Part shown: in pieces, positions 27,114 through 36,283 of the stretch
How positions within the stretch are numbered: position 1 is the stretch's first letter
Layout: each line of letters starts with the position of its first letter
Assembly (NCBI GenBank): GCA_964576115.1
Contig: CAZNUA010000019.1
Coordinates: 1-63,550, forward strand
Source of the DNA: an uncultured Gemmatimonadota bacterium
Lineage (GTDB): Bacteria; Blakebacterota; Blakebacteria; Blakebacterales; Blakebacteraceae
Direction of reading: 5' to 3'
DNA length: 63,550 bases
The notes under the pieces: model-generated
What the model saw: the letters and a program-made list of their open reading frames with translations, nothing else
What the model was told of the DNA's origin: nothing
The model's database searches: none
Position numbers and translations under genes: made by a program

Positions 27114-29733
27114 GCGTCAATGGCTTGCTAAAATAGGCGGGCCCGTCCCGCCTGTACAGGGTTATACCCGCGGGAACCGTTCCGGTTCGCACTCACGTGG
27201 CGACGGTTTTCCCGGGGCTGCCATCTGCCTTCTCCTTGCAATCGGGTTCGGATTTTCGACGGTTACGGCCCAGTCGGCGTCCACCGGCATCATTCAGGGG
27301 ACCGTTGTCGCCGATTCGACCGGGGCGCCGCTGGTGGCGGTCAATGTCAGCCTGGCGGGCACACCCTACGGGACAATGACCAATGCCGAGGGGTTCTACC
27401 TGCTCCGCAACGTCCCGGCCGGCGAGCACACCGTCGTCTTCCGCTATGTCGGATACCAGGAGGTACGGATGACCGGGGTGCGCGTACTGCCGGCCCTGCG
27501 CACCACGGTCGACGTACGCATGATCGAGGCTCCCATCACCATGGATCCGGTCGTGGTCACCGCCGAGCGTCCCCTGATCCAGCAGGATGTCACCGGCACC
27601 ATGCACCGGGTGGCCTCGATCGAAATCGAACGCCTGCCGGTCGATACCTACCAGGATATCCTCGACCTGCAGCCCGGAGTCGTCTCGGGCGGTCACATCC
27701 GGGGGGGGCGCACCGGCGAGACCCTCTACCTGCTGGACGGCGTGCCGATCCAGGATCCCTCCACTGGAGTGGCCGCGGCCGGCCTGCCCAAATCGGCCAT
27801 CACCGAATTGAACATTCACACCGGGGGGTTCGACGCCGAGTACGGCAACGCCCTCTCGGGAGTGGTTCACATCGTCACCCGGCGCGGCACCGCCACGCCG
27901 CAGGGGATGGTCCGCTACGATCGGGACGACCTCGACGGTCTGTACGAAGGGACCGAGCACTCCCGCCGCTCCCAGGCCGAAATCATGCTCGGAGGGCCTC
28001 TGAGTCGCGACACGGCCTACTATTTTCTGGCCGCCGACCGGATGGCCTCGGGTACCCGCTGGTGGCAGGATCTGGAACACACCGGACTCGGGCAGCCGTG
28101 GTCGGAGCAGACCAATCTCTTCGGACGGATAGACCTGTACGCCAGCCAGACCCTGCGTCTGGCTCTGCAGGGTCTGTACAGCCACGACCGGCACCAGACC
28201 TACGAATGGCGCTGGCGCTTCAATCTCGACGGCCTGCCCGTCGAGTGGCGCACCAGCGGCCGGGCGGCGCTGACCTTGAACCACATGCTCAGCCCCGCCG
28301 TGTTCTATGACCTGCAGCTCTCCTTCTTCCGTATCACCCGGGGAGTCAACGAAGGACAGCGCAGCTCCGTCGCCGCGGGCGAACTCTGGCACTATGACGA
28401 CTGGTTGCAGTACGTGGCTCCCGGCGGCGGCGAGCGTCTCTGGTGGTATCGGGGCAATCAGGGAATTCTCACCGGCCGGGGCGCGGTCACCGCCCAGCTC
28501 GGCCGTCACCGCCTGCGAGCCGGGTTCGAATCCTCGCTCTACCGGCTGGAATCCGATCTGCTCAAACTCGAGCCGCAGATGACCCTCTACGGTCTGCCCC
28601 TGCCCGGTGAGACTCCGCTCGATTACAGCCACACCTACACCTACTGGCCGCGTACCGGGGGACTGTTCGTGCAGGACACCTACGAGAGCGGCGACGGTCT
28701 GGTCGTGAAATTCGGCCTGCGCTGGGACCGTCTCGATCCCCGGGCCGAGCGACCGGTGGTGGAGTGGGTGCCGGCCGGCGGGGAGGAGTTCGAGCAGCAG
28801 ATTTCGACCTGGGTACCGGCCGAACCGAAAGCCCAGCTCAGCCCCCGGGTGGGGCTGGCCTACCCCCTGCCCGGCCCGACCTGGTTCCTCTTCAACTACG
28901 GCGAATTTTTCCAGGTCCCCCTCTTCGACCAGCTGTACAGCGGCTTGAACCTCGACCTGACCCGCGGCCTGCGGGTCCTGATCGGCAATCCCGATCTCAA
29001 GCACGAACGAACCCGCTCCTACGAGTTCGCCCTGCGCCGCCAGCTGGATGAGAACAGCGTCGGATCGGCGACTTATTTCTTCAAGGAATCCTCGAATCTG
29101 ATCGACACCAAAACCTTCCTGGCCGCCAACTCCCGATCTCTCGAAGACGGTTTCACCCAGTATGTGAATCTGCCCCTGGCCCGCTCCTCGGGGTTGGAGC
29201 TGACCTACGAACGACGCCCGGTGCGCGGTTTCGGCCTGCGGGCTTCCTACACCTTCATGATCGCCCGGGGACACGCCGACACCGGTGAGAGCGGTTTGCG
29301 CTACCTCGAGTGGGGTTTCGAGCCCTCCCGGCGGATGCACTATCTCTCCTGGGATCAGCGTCATACTCTGACAGCGGAGCTGATGGGCCGGATCGGGGAC
29401 ATCTTTCTCGACCTGGTGGGCCGCTTCAACACCGCCCGCCCTTACACCTACGCCCCTTCGGCGAGCGGCGTGCTGCCGGAGGGTACCGACCTCGTGCCCA
29501 ACAACGAACGGATGCGCGACGTCTTCAGTCTCGACGCCCGCTTGAGCCGTGAGATCGTCCTCGGGCCCGGGGGACGGATGAGCCTGCTCCTGTTCTGCGA
29601 TGTGCGCAACCTCACCGACCGGCGCAATGTGCTCTGGATATCGAGCGACGGTCGGATCGGGGGCGAGCTTGGCGATCCGGGTGCCTGGACGATCGGGCGG
29701 CGCACCCGGATCGGGTTGGAGGTGCGCTGGTGA
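27112..29733 (+). CDS. TonB-dependent receptor with N-terminal carboxypeptidase-regulatory-like domain
   Basis: 'GIIQGTV...GAPL..VNV...T..EG.Y', plug 'HIRGGR..E..Y.LDGVPI', 'GGFDAEYGNALSGVV.IVT', 'GNPDLK.ERT..YE', C-terminal aromatic residue. ATG 27112 has a GGAG RBS; start uncertain. Confidence 0.9.
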   Translation: MRQWLAKIGGPVPPVQGYTRGNRSGSHSRGDGFPGAAICLLLAIGFGFSTVTAQSASTGIIQGTVVADSTGAPLVAVNVSLAGTPYGTMTNAEGFYLLRNVPAGEHTVVFRYVGYQEVRMTGVRVLPALRTTVDVRMIEAPITMDPVVVTAERPLIQQDVTGTMHRVASIEIERLPVDTYQDILDLQPGVVSGGHIRGGRTGETLYLLDGVPIQDPSTGVAAAGLPKSAITELNIHTGGFDAEYGNALSGVVHIVTRRGTATPQGMVRYDRDDLDGLYEGTEHSRRSQAEIMLGGPLSRDTAYYFLAADRMASGTRWWQDLEHTGLGQPWSEQTNLFGRIDLYASQTLRLALQGLYSHDRHQTYEWRWRFNLDGLPVEWRTSGRAALTLNHMLSPAVFYDLQLSFFRITRGVNEGQRSSVAAGELWHYDDWLQYVAPGGGERLWWYRGNQGILTGRGAVTAQLGRHRLRAGFESSLYRLESDLLKLEPQMTLYGLPLPGETPLDYSHTYTYWPRTGGLFVQDTYESGDGLVVKFGLRWDRLDPRAERPVVEWVPAGGEEFEQQISTWVPAEPKAQLSPRVGLAYPLPGPTWFLFNYGEFFQVPLFDQLYSGLNLDLTRGLRVLIGNPDLKHERTRSYEFALRRQLDENSVGSATYFFKESSNLIDTKTFLAANSRSLEDGFTQYVNLPLARSSGLELTYERRPVRGFGLRASYTFMIARGHADTGESGLRYLEWGFEPSRRMHYLSWDQRHTLTAELMGRIGDIFLDLVGRFNTARPYTYAPSASGVLPEGTDLVPNNERMRDVFSLDARLSREIVLGPGGRMSLLLFCDVRNLTDRRNVLWISSDGRIGGELGDPGAWTIGRRTRIGLEVRW

Positions 29734-30269
29734 GCCGGCCGGCGGGTCCGCTCCGCGCCGTGCGGATCTTCTCCCTGGCCGGTCTGGGAGCGCTCCTGCT
29801 CCTTTTCTCCGGGGGTTGCGAGGAGAGTCTGCCCCCTTACGAACCCCCCGATATTCCCCTCGCGGCCCGGATCATGGTCAATGAAAGCATCGAAGCATCC
29901 GAATTGAGCACGGTCGACAACGGCTTCACCATTCGCGTTGAACACACCGGTGGGTATCTGAATGAATTCACCCTGCAGGCTCCATACACGATCGAATCTT
30001 CCATCACGGTCAGCCTGGTCAGCGCCCCTTCCCGCAACATCACCGTGACCATTCGCAAGTCATTCACCGATAACCTCAGGCTCGGCTATTGGGTCTTCCT
30101 GCTCGGGAATATTCCGGCCGTCGATTCCGACGGTAACCGCTGGAACTGGCCTGAGAATGAAGAAGAGGTCGTGCTCCAGCTGCAGGGCAAGGTCAGAATC
30201 GAAAACACCGATCACGATCTGGAGCTCAACACCCACAGAGCGGAAACAATACTGATATACGAGCACTAA
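29730..30269 (+). CDS. Hypothetical lipoprotein
   Basis: Lipobox-like 'LLLLFSGGC'; GTGA overlap with the TonB receptor stop. Confidence 0.7.
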   Translation: MSRPAGPLRAVRIFSLAGLGALLLLFSGGCEESLPPYEPPDIPLAARIMVNESIEASELSTVDNGFTIRVEHTGGYLNEFTLQAPYTIESSITVSLVSAPSRNITVTIRKSFTDNLRLGYWVFLLGNIPAVDSDGNRWNWPENEEEVVLQLQGKVRIENTDHDLELNTHRAETILIYEH

Positions 30270-30772
30270 TAGTCTATAATATCCCTCATTCATTCTAATT
30301 ACTGCTCGTTCACTATCTGCACATCTGATCATTTCCAGTATTATTTATTACACCTTTATTATATTTATTGTAAATATTATGATATATTATAATACGTAAT
30401 CGTCTGTAATAGCTTCATATAATAACATATGCTTTCATAATGCCTTAATACAGTTTATCCCAATTTAAAATATATTAATACAGTCATTAATGTTATTGCA
30501 CAATTTTATATACTTCAGTAACAACCATGATTCCCAATTGATTATGTAGAATCTCATATTACCATCAACGGATGCTATCACATGTCTATGTATTAATAGA
30601 AATAGTATATTATTGCATTGTACCTTATCAATATAATTAGATGACATATAATCTATATATGGTAATTATTGTTCATAACATATCTATTATAATTAATAAT
30701 GTTCTTATATAATTATAAAACAGCTCTAACGTCCTCTGTTGTGTCTTATTGCATATATATGGCCATAAATGA
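30270..30772. other. AT-rich non-coding island
   Basis: Three 60-nt lines counted by hand gave 13-20% GC against about 65% for the window; no convincing ORF; between convergent genes. Confidence 0.9.
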
Positions 30773-32140
30773 TTATCGTCCGCTTTGCCTGATCCATTTG
30801 ATGATCTCGGGCAGATTCGGCCGCTTGCCGTACATCAGCGAGCCGATCCGGAAGAGCCGGGCCCCGATTTTGACGGCAAACCAGGTGAAGATGAGCATGA
30901 CCACGAAACTGACCGGGATCTCCCACCCGGGGACCATCCCCGAGGGCAGGCGCATCATCATCGTCACCGGGGTGGTGAGAGGAATGTAGGTCAGCACCCG
31001 GGCCACGGTTCCGTTCGGCTCGGCCAGGATGACCATCATGAGCAGGAATGGAGCGATGATCGGAATGGTGAACCAGGTCGAGAGCTGCTGGCTTTCCCTC
31101 TGGGTGTTGCCCAGACTCCCCGCCCCGGCCATGAGGGTCGAGATCATGAAATACCCGATCAGGAAGTATCCCAGGCAATAGAGGAAGAGATCGACCGGAA
31201 CGGTGAAATCGGGGATGGCATTGGAACCGGCCAGGAAGAAGAGCAGTCCCAGACCCAGGCCGAGCCAGACGGTGACCTGGATCAGACCGCAGGCGCCCAG
31301 GCCGAGCACCTTGCCCAGCATCAGGTCGTCGGTCGTGACCGAGGACAGAAGCAGCTCCATGACCCGGTTCTCCTTCTCCTCGGCCACTCCCTGCAGCAGA
31401 AAACCGCCCCCCATCATGATCGACATCAGCAGCAGGAGGCTGAAGCCATAGGGCAGAGCGAACTTTCTGATCTCCGAGGCGACCCCCGATTCCTCGAACT
31501 CGGCGCTGGTGGTCGAGATCTCGTAGGTGCGCAGGTTCATGGGGTGCAGGATCCGGTCGCGGATGAGCGGCTGCAGGTCCTCTCCTTCGAGCAGGCTCAA
31601 CACCAGGGCGGTCCGCAACAGCCGTTCGGCGGGTCCCTGCCCGTCATCGTCATCCATGAAGCTCTTCGACTGGCTGAAGCTCCAGACCCGGCCGCTGTCC
31701 AGATAATCTTCGGCGATCATGATGGCCCCGTCCAGGTCTCCCCGCCGGGTGGCTTCGCGGGCCGAGTCGGCGTCGGCCATGGCCATCAGGCTCGTCGCAC
31801 CGCGGAAGCCGCTGATCAGATCGAGTGAGAGTTCGCGGGTGGTGGGCGTCAGGGCACCGAGGCGTTCCTGCATGGCTGTCAGGGCTTCGGAGTTCAGAAC
31901 GCTGTCGCGGGCGGCTTCGTCGGCGAGCTGGTGCAGGATGTCGTAGTCGAGCACCCCGCTCGAATCCACGACCGCATAAACTCGCGGTTTGACCTTCATG
32001 GCCGTACGGGCGGTGATGAGACCGACCCCGCCGAAAATGAGTCCGAAGAGGATCGGCATACCGAAGATGGTCAGCAGGTAGGCGGGGCGGCGGATGGTGA
32101 CCGAGAGTTCGTGACGGGCGACCAGCAGGGCGTTCTTCAT
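30773..32140 (-). CDS. ABC-2 type exporter permease (NatB/YhaP-like)
   Basis: 'VAEEKENRVMELLLSS', 'LMLGKVLG', several TMs; coupled to the ATPase gene. Confidence 0.9.
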   Translation of the reverse strand: MKNALLVARHELSVTIRRPAYLLTIFGMPILFGLIFGGVGLITARTAMKVKPRVYAVVDSSGVLDYDILHQLADEAARDSVLNSEALTAMQERLGALTPTTRELSLDLISGFRGATSLMAMADADSAREATRRGDLDGAIMIAEDYLDSGRVWSFSQSKSFMDDDDGQGPAERLLRTALVLSLLEGEDLQPLIRDRILHPMNLRTYEISTTSAEFEESGVASEIRKFALPYGFSLLLLMSIMMGGGFLLQGVAEEKENRVMELLLSSVTTDDLMLGKVLGLGACGLIQVTVWLGLGLGLLFFLAGSNAIPDFTVPVDLFLYCLGYFLIGYFMISTLMAGAGSLGNTQRESQQLSTWFTIPIIAPFLLMMVILAEPNGTVARVLTYIPLTTPVTMMMRLPSGMVPGWEIPVSFVVMLIFTWFAVKIGARLFRIGSLMYGKRPNLPEIIKWIRQSGR

Positions 32141-33057
32141 GAGGCCACCTCCTCTCCCACCGGCTCGCGGGCGAGCTTGACGAAGATGTCCTCCAGGGGG
32201 GTCTCGGCCAGCTCGTAATGTTCGACCGGCTGACCGCGCTCGAGCAGGAGCCGGATGAAGCCCTTCGGTTCCTGCCCCTCTTCGAGCCAGACTTTCTGCA
32301 GCCGGCCGGGAGCGGCATTGGCATCGACCCGCATCACTCCGGGCAGACCGCCGGCGGCGACCTCCTCGTTGACCATGACGGCGTTATCGGCGTGCTGGCG
32401 CATGATCTCCTCGAGGCTGTCATAAAGCACCCTCCGACCGTGGCTGATCATGAAGACCCGATCGGCCAGGGCCTCGACCTGGGCCATCTGGTGAGTGGAG
32501 AGGATGACGGTCTTGCGGGCTGAGCGCAGTTCGGCGATGAAGTCCTTGACCATGCGGACGTTGACCGGATCGAGGCCGCTGAAGGGCTCGTCGAGGATGA
32601 TCAGGTCGGGGTCGTGCAGCAGGGTCAGGGCGATCTGGGCCTTCTGCTGCATGCCCTTGCTCAGCTCCTCGACTTTCTTCTTCTCCCATTCGGCCAGCTC
32701 CACCCGACCGAGCCACTCGTGAGCCCGCTGCCGGGCGTCCTCTTTCTCCAGCCCGTGCAGGCGGCCGAAGTAGGCCACCACCTCGGTCAGCTTCTGCTTG
32801 CGGTACAGACCGCGCTCCTCGGGCAGGTAACCGATGCGGTGCTTGAGTACGGGGCTGATCGGCTCACCATCGAAGGTGATGCTGCCGGCATCGGGCTTGA
32901 TGATGTCCATCAGCATCCGGATCAGGGTGGTTTTCCCGGCGCCGTTGGGACCGAGCAGGGCGAAGACCTCTCCACCGCGGGCTTCGAGGCTGACCCCGTC
33001 CACGGCCGTGGTCCTGCCGAAGCTCTTGGTGATGTTTTCGACTGCGACTCTGATCAT
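32137..33057 (-). CDS. ABC exporter ATP-binding protein (YhaQ-like)
   Basis: Walker A 'GPNGAGKTT', 'GYLPEERGLY', 'LSKGMQQK', 'ILDEPFSGLDP'. Confidence 0.93.
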   Translation of the reverse strand: MIRVAVENITKSFGRTTAVDGVSLEARGGEVFALLGPNGAGKTTLIRMLMDIIKPDAGSITFDGEPISPVLKHRIGYLPEERGLYRKQKLTEVVAYFGRLHGLEKEDARQRAHEWLGRVELAEWEKKKVEELSKGMQQKAQIALTLLHDPDLIILDEPFSGLDPVNVRMVKDFIAELRSARKTVILSTHQMAQVEALADRVFMISHGRRVLYDSLEEIMRQHADNAVMVNEEVAAGGLPGVMRVDANAAPGRLQKVWLEEGQEPKGFIRLLLERGQPVEHYELAETPLEDIFVKLAREPVGEEVAS

Positions 33058-33269
33058 CCTCTGCGGCTCGTTTCTCTGGAGTGAGGGTGCTCCTCCGGCC
33101 GAAGCGGGAAAGCACGACAGGGCTCACCGGATTGCATTACCGGAGTATACGGAATCCGGGATCCCTTCCTTCAAGTTATTATGTATTTTGAAGTCGAGGA
33201 GCCGGCAGGCCATTCCGGCCGGCCCCTCGCGACACCCTCTTTCCCGACCCTGATACAGGAGCTGTCACC

Positions 33270-34475
33270 GTGACGAGCGAACCCCGCACCCCGGACGAAT
33301 TCATCGCCCTCGAAGACGAGTACGGCGCGCATAATTACCATCCCCTCGATGTCATCATCACGCGGGCCGAAGGGGTCTGGGTGTGGGATACCGAGGGCCG
33401 GAAGTATCTCGATTTCCTGGCCGCCTACTCGGCTGTGAATCAGGGACACTGCCATCCGAAGATCCGGGCCGCGGCCGAGGAACAGATGCGCCAGGTCACC
33501 CTCACCAGCCGGGCTTTCCGCAACGACCGCCTGCCCCTGCTCTACCGCAAGCTGCACGAGATGACCGGCATGGATGTGGCCCTGCCGATGAACACCGGCG
33601 CCGAGGCGGTCGAAACGGCCCTCAAGGCAGCCCGCAAGTGGGGCGAAAAGGTCAAGGGGATCGCGGCCGGAGAACAGGAGATCGTTGTCTGCCGCGACAA
33701 TTTCCATGGCCGGACCATCACGATCATCTCGGCCTCGAGCGAGGCCCAGTATCGTGACGGGTTCGGACCCTACACACCCGGTTTCGTAATCGTCGAGTAC
33801 GGTGACTCCGAGGCCATCGCGGCCGCCGTGACCCCGAACACCTGCGCCGTGATGATCGAACCGATCCAGGGAGAAGCGGGGATCCGGATCCCTCCCGAGG
33901 GCTACCTCGAGGCGGTCGAGTCCGTCTGCCGGGAAAACAACGCCCTCTTCATCCTCGACGAGATCCAGTCGGGGCTGGGGCGGACCGGCAAGCTCTTCGC
34001 CTACCAGCACGAGAACGTCTCCCCCGACGGTCTGATCGTCGGCAAGGCTCTCTCGGGAGGCTACTACCCCGTTGCCGCTTTTCTGGCCAGGCGCGAGATC
34101 ATGGACGTTTTCACCCCCGGCGACCACGGCAGCACCTTCGGCGGCAATCCCCTGGGCAGCGCCATCGCCATGGCCGCTCTGGAGGTCATCGAGGAGGAGA
34201 ATCTGGCCGATCGAAGCGCCGAACTCGGAGCCTGGTTCCTCGACCGGCTGCGCACGATCGAGAATCCCCACATCGTCGAGATTCGCGGTCGCGGACTGTG
34301 GATCGGACTCGAGCTGGACGAACCCGCCCGCCCCTACTGTGAAGCCCTGCAGGAGGAGGGCCTGCTCTGCAAGGAAACCCACGAGAACGTCATCCGGTTC
34401 GCACCCCCGCTGGTGATCACGCAGGACGAACTGGCCTGGGCTTTCGAACGAATCGAAAAAGTACTGGGCGGCTGA
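33270..34475 (+). CDS. rocD: Ornithine--oxo-acid aminotransferase
   Basis: 'GAHNYHPL', 'AYSAVNQGHCHP', 'LTSRAF', 'EPIQGEAG', 'DEIQSGLGRTG', 'GKALSGG', 'HGSTFGGNPL'. Confidence 0.95.
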   Translation: MTSEPRTPDEFIALEDEYGAHNYHPLDVIITRAEGVWVWDTEGRKYLDFLAAYSAVNQGHCHPKIRAAAEEQMRQVTLTSRAFRNDRLPLLYRKLHEMTGMDVALPMNTGAEAVETALKAARKWGEKVKGIAAGEQEIVVCRDNFHGRTITIISASSEAQYRDGFGPYTPGFVIVEYGDSEAIAAAVTPNTCAVMIEPIQGEAGIRIPPEGYLEAVESVCRENNALFILDEIQSGLGRTGKLFAYQHENVSPDGLIVGKALSGGYYPVAAFLARREIMDVFTPGDHGSTFGGNPLGSAIAMAALEVIEEENLADRSAELGAWFLDRLRTIENPHIVEIRGRGLWIGLELDEPARPYCEALQEEGLLCKETHENVIRFAPPLVITQDELAWAFERIEKVLGG

Positions 34476-34523
34476 AAGAACCGGACCGGCGCGCCGGCTC
34501 CTGAGCGACGGGGCCTGTCCCCC

Positions 34524-34943
34524 CTACGACCGGGACTCCGGTTGCTGTGGCCCGGGCGGCGATGCCGGCGGAGCCTCCTCGGGAGCCCGATGGGGATCGA
34601 GGCGCAGACGCTTGCTCAGGACAGCGTGGACGATCAGGGCGATCCCGACGATCACCAGTATGGTCGGGAAGAAGGGGAAGAACTGCAGATCCTGGCCGAA
34701 GAGATCGAGCAGGCCGACCACAACGACGGTCACGCCGAGGATGAGGCCTTCGGTATCGCGCCGGGTGGGGATGAGCTTGCGCACGACGCTCATGGCCACG
34801 AAAACGAGCCCGAAAGGGACGAGGAAGTGCCAGGGCCGCTGCGCCCCGGGGATGAGAAAGACAATCGCCAGGACGACGAGGGCCACGCCCCAGCTGATAA
34901 TGTCGAGTCGCTCATCCAGAGCCCTGTGCTCGGCGTCGGTCAT
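34524..34943 (-). CDS. Small four-TM membrane protein, hypothetical
   Basis: ATG 34943 with GGAGG RBS; four hydrophobic segments; downstream of the PadR gene. Confidence 0.65.
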   Translation of the reverse strand: MTDAEHRALDERLDIISWGVALVVLAIVFLIPGAQRPWHFLVPFGLVFVAMSVVRKLIPTRRDTEGLILGVTVVVVGLLDLFGQDLQFFPFFPTILVIVGIALIVHAVLSKRLRLDPHRAPEEAPPASPPGPQQPESRS

Positions 34944-35044
34944 GGGATCCTCCACCACTTTCGCAGGCCACCCGTCCGGAACGCCCGGCCGCGGCCGGCT
35001 CCTGCGGGGATACGGTCCGACACTACCACCCGGAACCGATCGTG

Positions 35045-35383
35045 TTAAGTGGATTCGGGTTCCAGAACCTGACCGACCGCTCCAACGAAACTCTTCCACT
35101 GCGCCATCTGCCCGGCCAGATGCTCCCGCCCGGCTTTGGTCAGACGGTAGAACTTGGCCCGGCGATGATGCTCGGTCTGTCCCCATTCGGAGTTGATCCA
35201 CCCCTTGCTCTCCATGCGATACAGGGCCGGATAGAGAGAGCCCTCCTCGATCGCCAGGGCGTCGTCGGTCCGTTCCTCAATCCGCCGGGCGATGGCGTAG
35301 CCGTGTAACGATCCCGCGGTCAGGATCTGGAGAATGAGCATATCGAGAGTGCCCTTGAGCAGTTCGGTTTTTTCGGCGGCCAT
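35045..35383 (-). CDS. PadR-family transcriptional regulator
   Basis: 'LLKGTLDMLIL...HGYAIARRIE...EEGSLYPALYRME..GWI..EWG.TE..RRAKFY.LT..GR'. Confidence 0.93.
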   Translation of the reverse strand: MAAEKTELLKGTLDMLILQILTAGSLHGYAIARRIEERTDDALAIEEGSLYPALYRMESKGWINSEWGQTEHHRRAKFYRLTKAGREHLAGQMAQWKSFVGAVGQVLEPEST

Positions 35384-35395
35384 ACCTTTCTCCCC

Positions 35396-35414
35396 TGTCT
35401 AGAACCTCTAGGCA
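35396..35414. promoter_or_regulatory. Inverted repeat TGTCTAGA-ACC-TCTAGGCA, probable PadR operator
   Basis: Palindrome with one mismatch, 12 nt upstream of the PadR start codon. Confidence 0.55.
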
Positions 35415-35472
35415 TAGTACACCCGACGGTACGATCCCGCCAGATCCGGATGATCGGCGTCCGGAGGGGGGT

Positions 35473-36282
35473 TCAGGGCTCCTGGGTGTAGTCGAGCTCG
35501 GAACCGAGCAGGGAGTGCGGAATCAGGTAAATGACCAGGGTCAGGATCGAGGCCGCGAGCACCGGAGTGCGGGCCGGCCGGTTCGTGAGAACGGCGCGGA
35601 GCGCCCAGGCCCAGACGATCACGCTGATCAGGGTCTTGTTGTCGGTCAGATCCCAGCCCAGGGGAATGCCGGTCCACAGTTCGCCGAAGGCGTAGTGCTG
35701 CATGATCGGACCGAAGATCATACCGCCGGCAACGAGGATGGCGAAGGTCCAGATCGTCAGCCGTTTGACGTTGCCGCGCCGCAGCAGGGCCTCGATACCG
35801 GTCCGGGTGCTGAAGAGCATGGCGGTGAACATGAGCAGGACATGGATCAGGAGAACGGTCGGGGGGACCGCCCCCTTGAAACGGGTGGTCACATAACCGT
35901 CGGCGGGTACGGTGACGGTTTCGTCCCCGGCGGTGAGGATGATCCGGTAGTCGAGCTTGCCGGCCGGCGGCTGGTGGGGCAAAGCACCCTGGAGTTCGTC
36001 CGCCTCGCGGACCAGGGGGATCTCCCGCCACTGCTCCCCGGTATCGTGACGGCGCCAGAGGAGAGTGCCGGCGATCTCACCGGTGGGAACGGTCAGGACG
36101 ACCGGCTGGTCCCCCTCACCGTCGAAGGTGCGGTCGAGACGGAAGTTCAGCTCCCGGCCGGCCAGCCCGGTCGTGCCGCTGTACTCCCAGGTCGGTCCGG
36201 TCAGCCGCTGGTAGACAGCCGAACTCAGCGTGATGACCAGGGCGATCGCCCAGAGCAGGAACGTCCGCACCCCACCCTTCAT
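35473..36282 (-). CDS. Membrane protein, hypothetical (N-terminal TM, soluble domain, C-terminal TMs)
   Basis: 269-aa ORF starting 1 nt after the clpC stop; alternating hydrophobic and soluble architecture. Confidence 0.75.
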   Translation of the reverse strand: MKGGVRTFLLWAIALVITLSSAVYQRLTGPTWEYSGTTGLAGRELNFRLDRTFDGEGDQPVVLTVPTGEIAGTLLWRRHDTGEQWREIPLVREADELQGALPHQPPAGKLDYRIILTAGDETVTVPADGYVTTRFKGAVPPTVLLIHVLLMFTAMLFSTRTGIEALLRRGNVKRLTIWTFAILVAGGMIFGPIMQHYAFGELWTGIPLGWDLTDNKTLISVIVWAWALRAVLTNRPARTPVLAASILTLVIYLIPHSLLGSELDYTQEP

Positions 36283-36283
36283 C

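Noticed and set aside
30270-30772. oriC, dif or small ORFs (30465-30647, 30699-30989) in the AT-rich island
   Set aside because: No TTATCCACA-type box cluster, no complete dif, no dnaA nearby; the ORFs are short with no recognisable motif or RBS.
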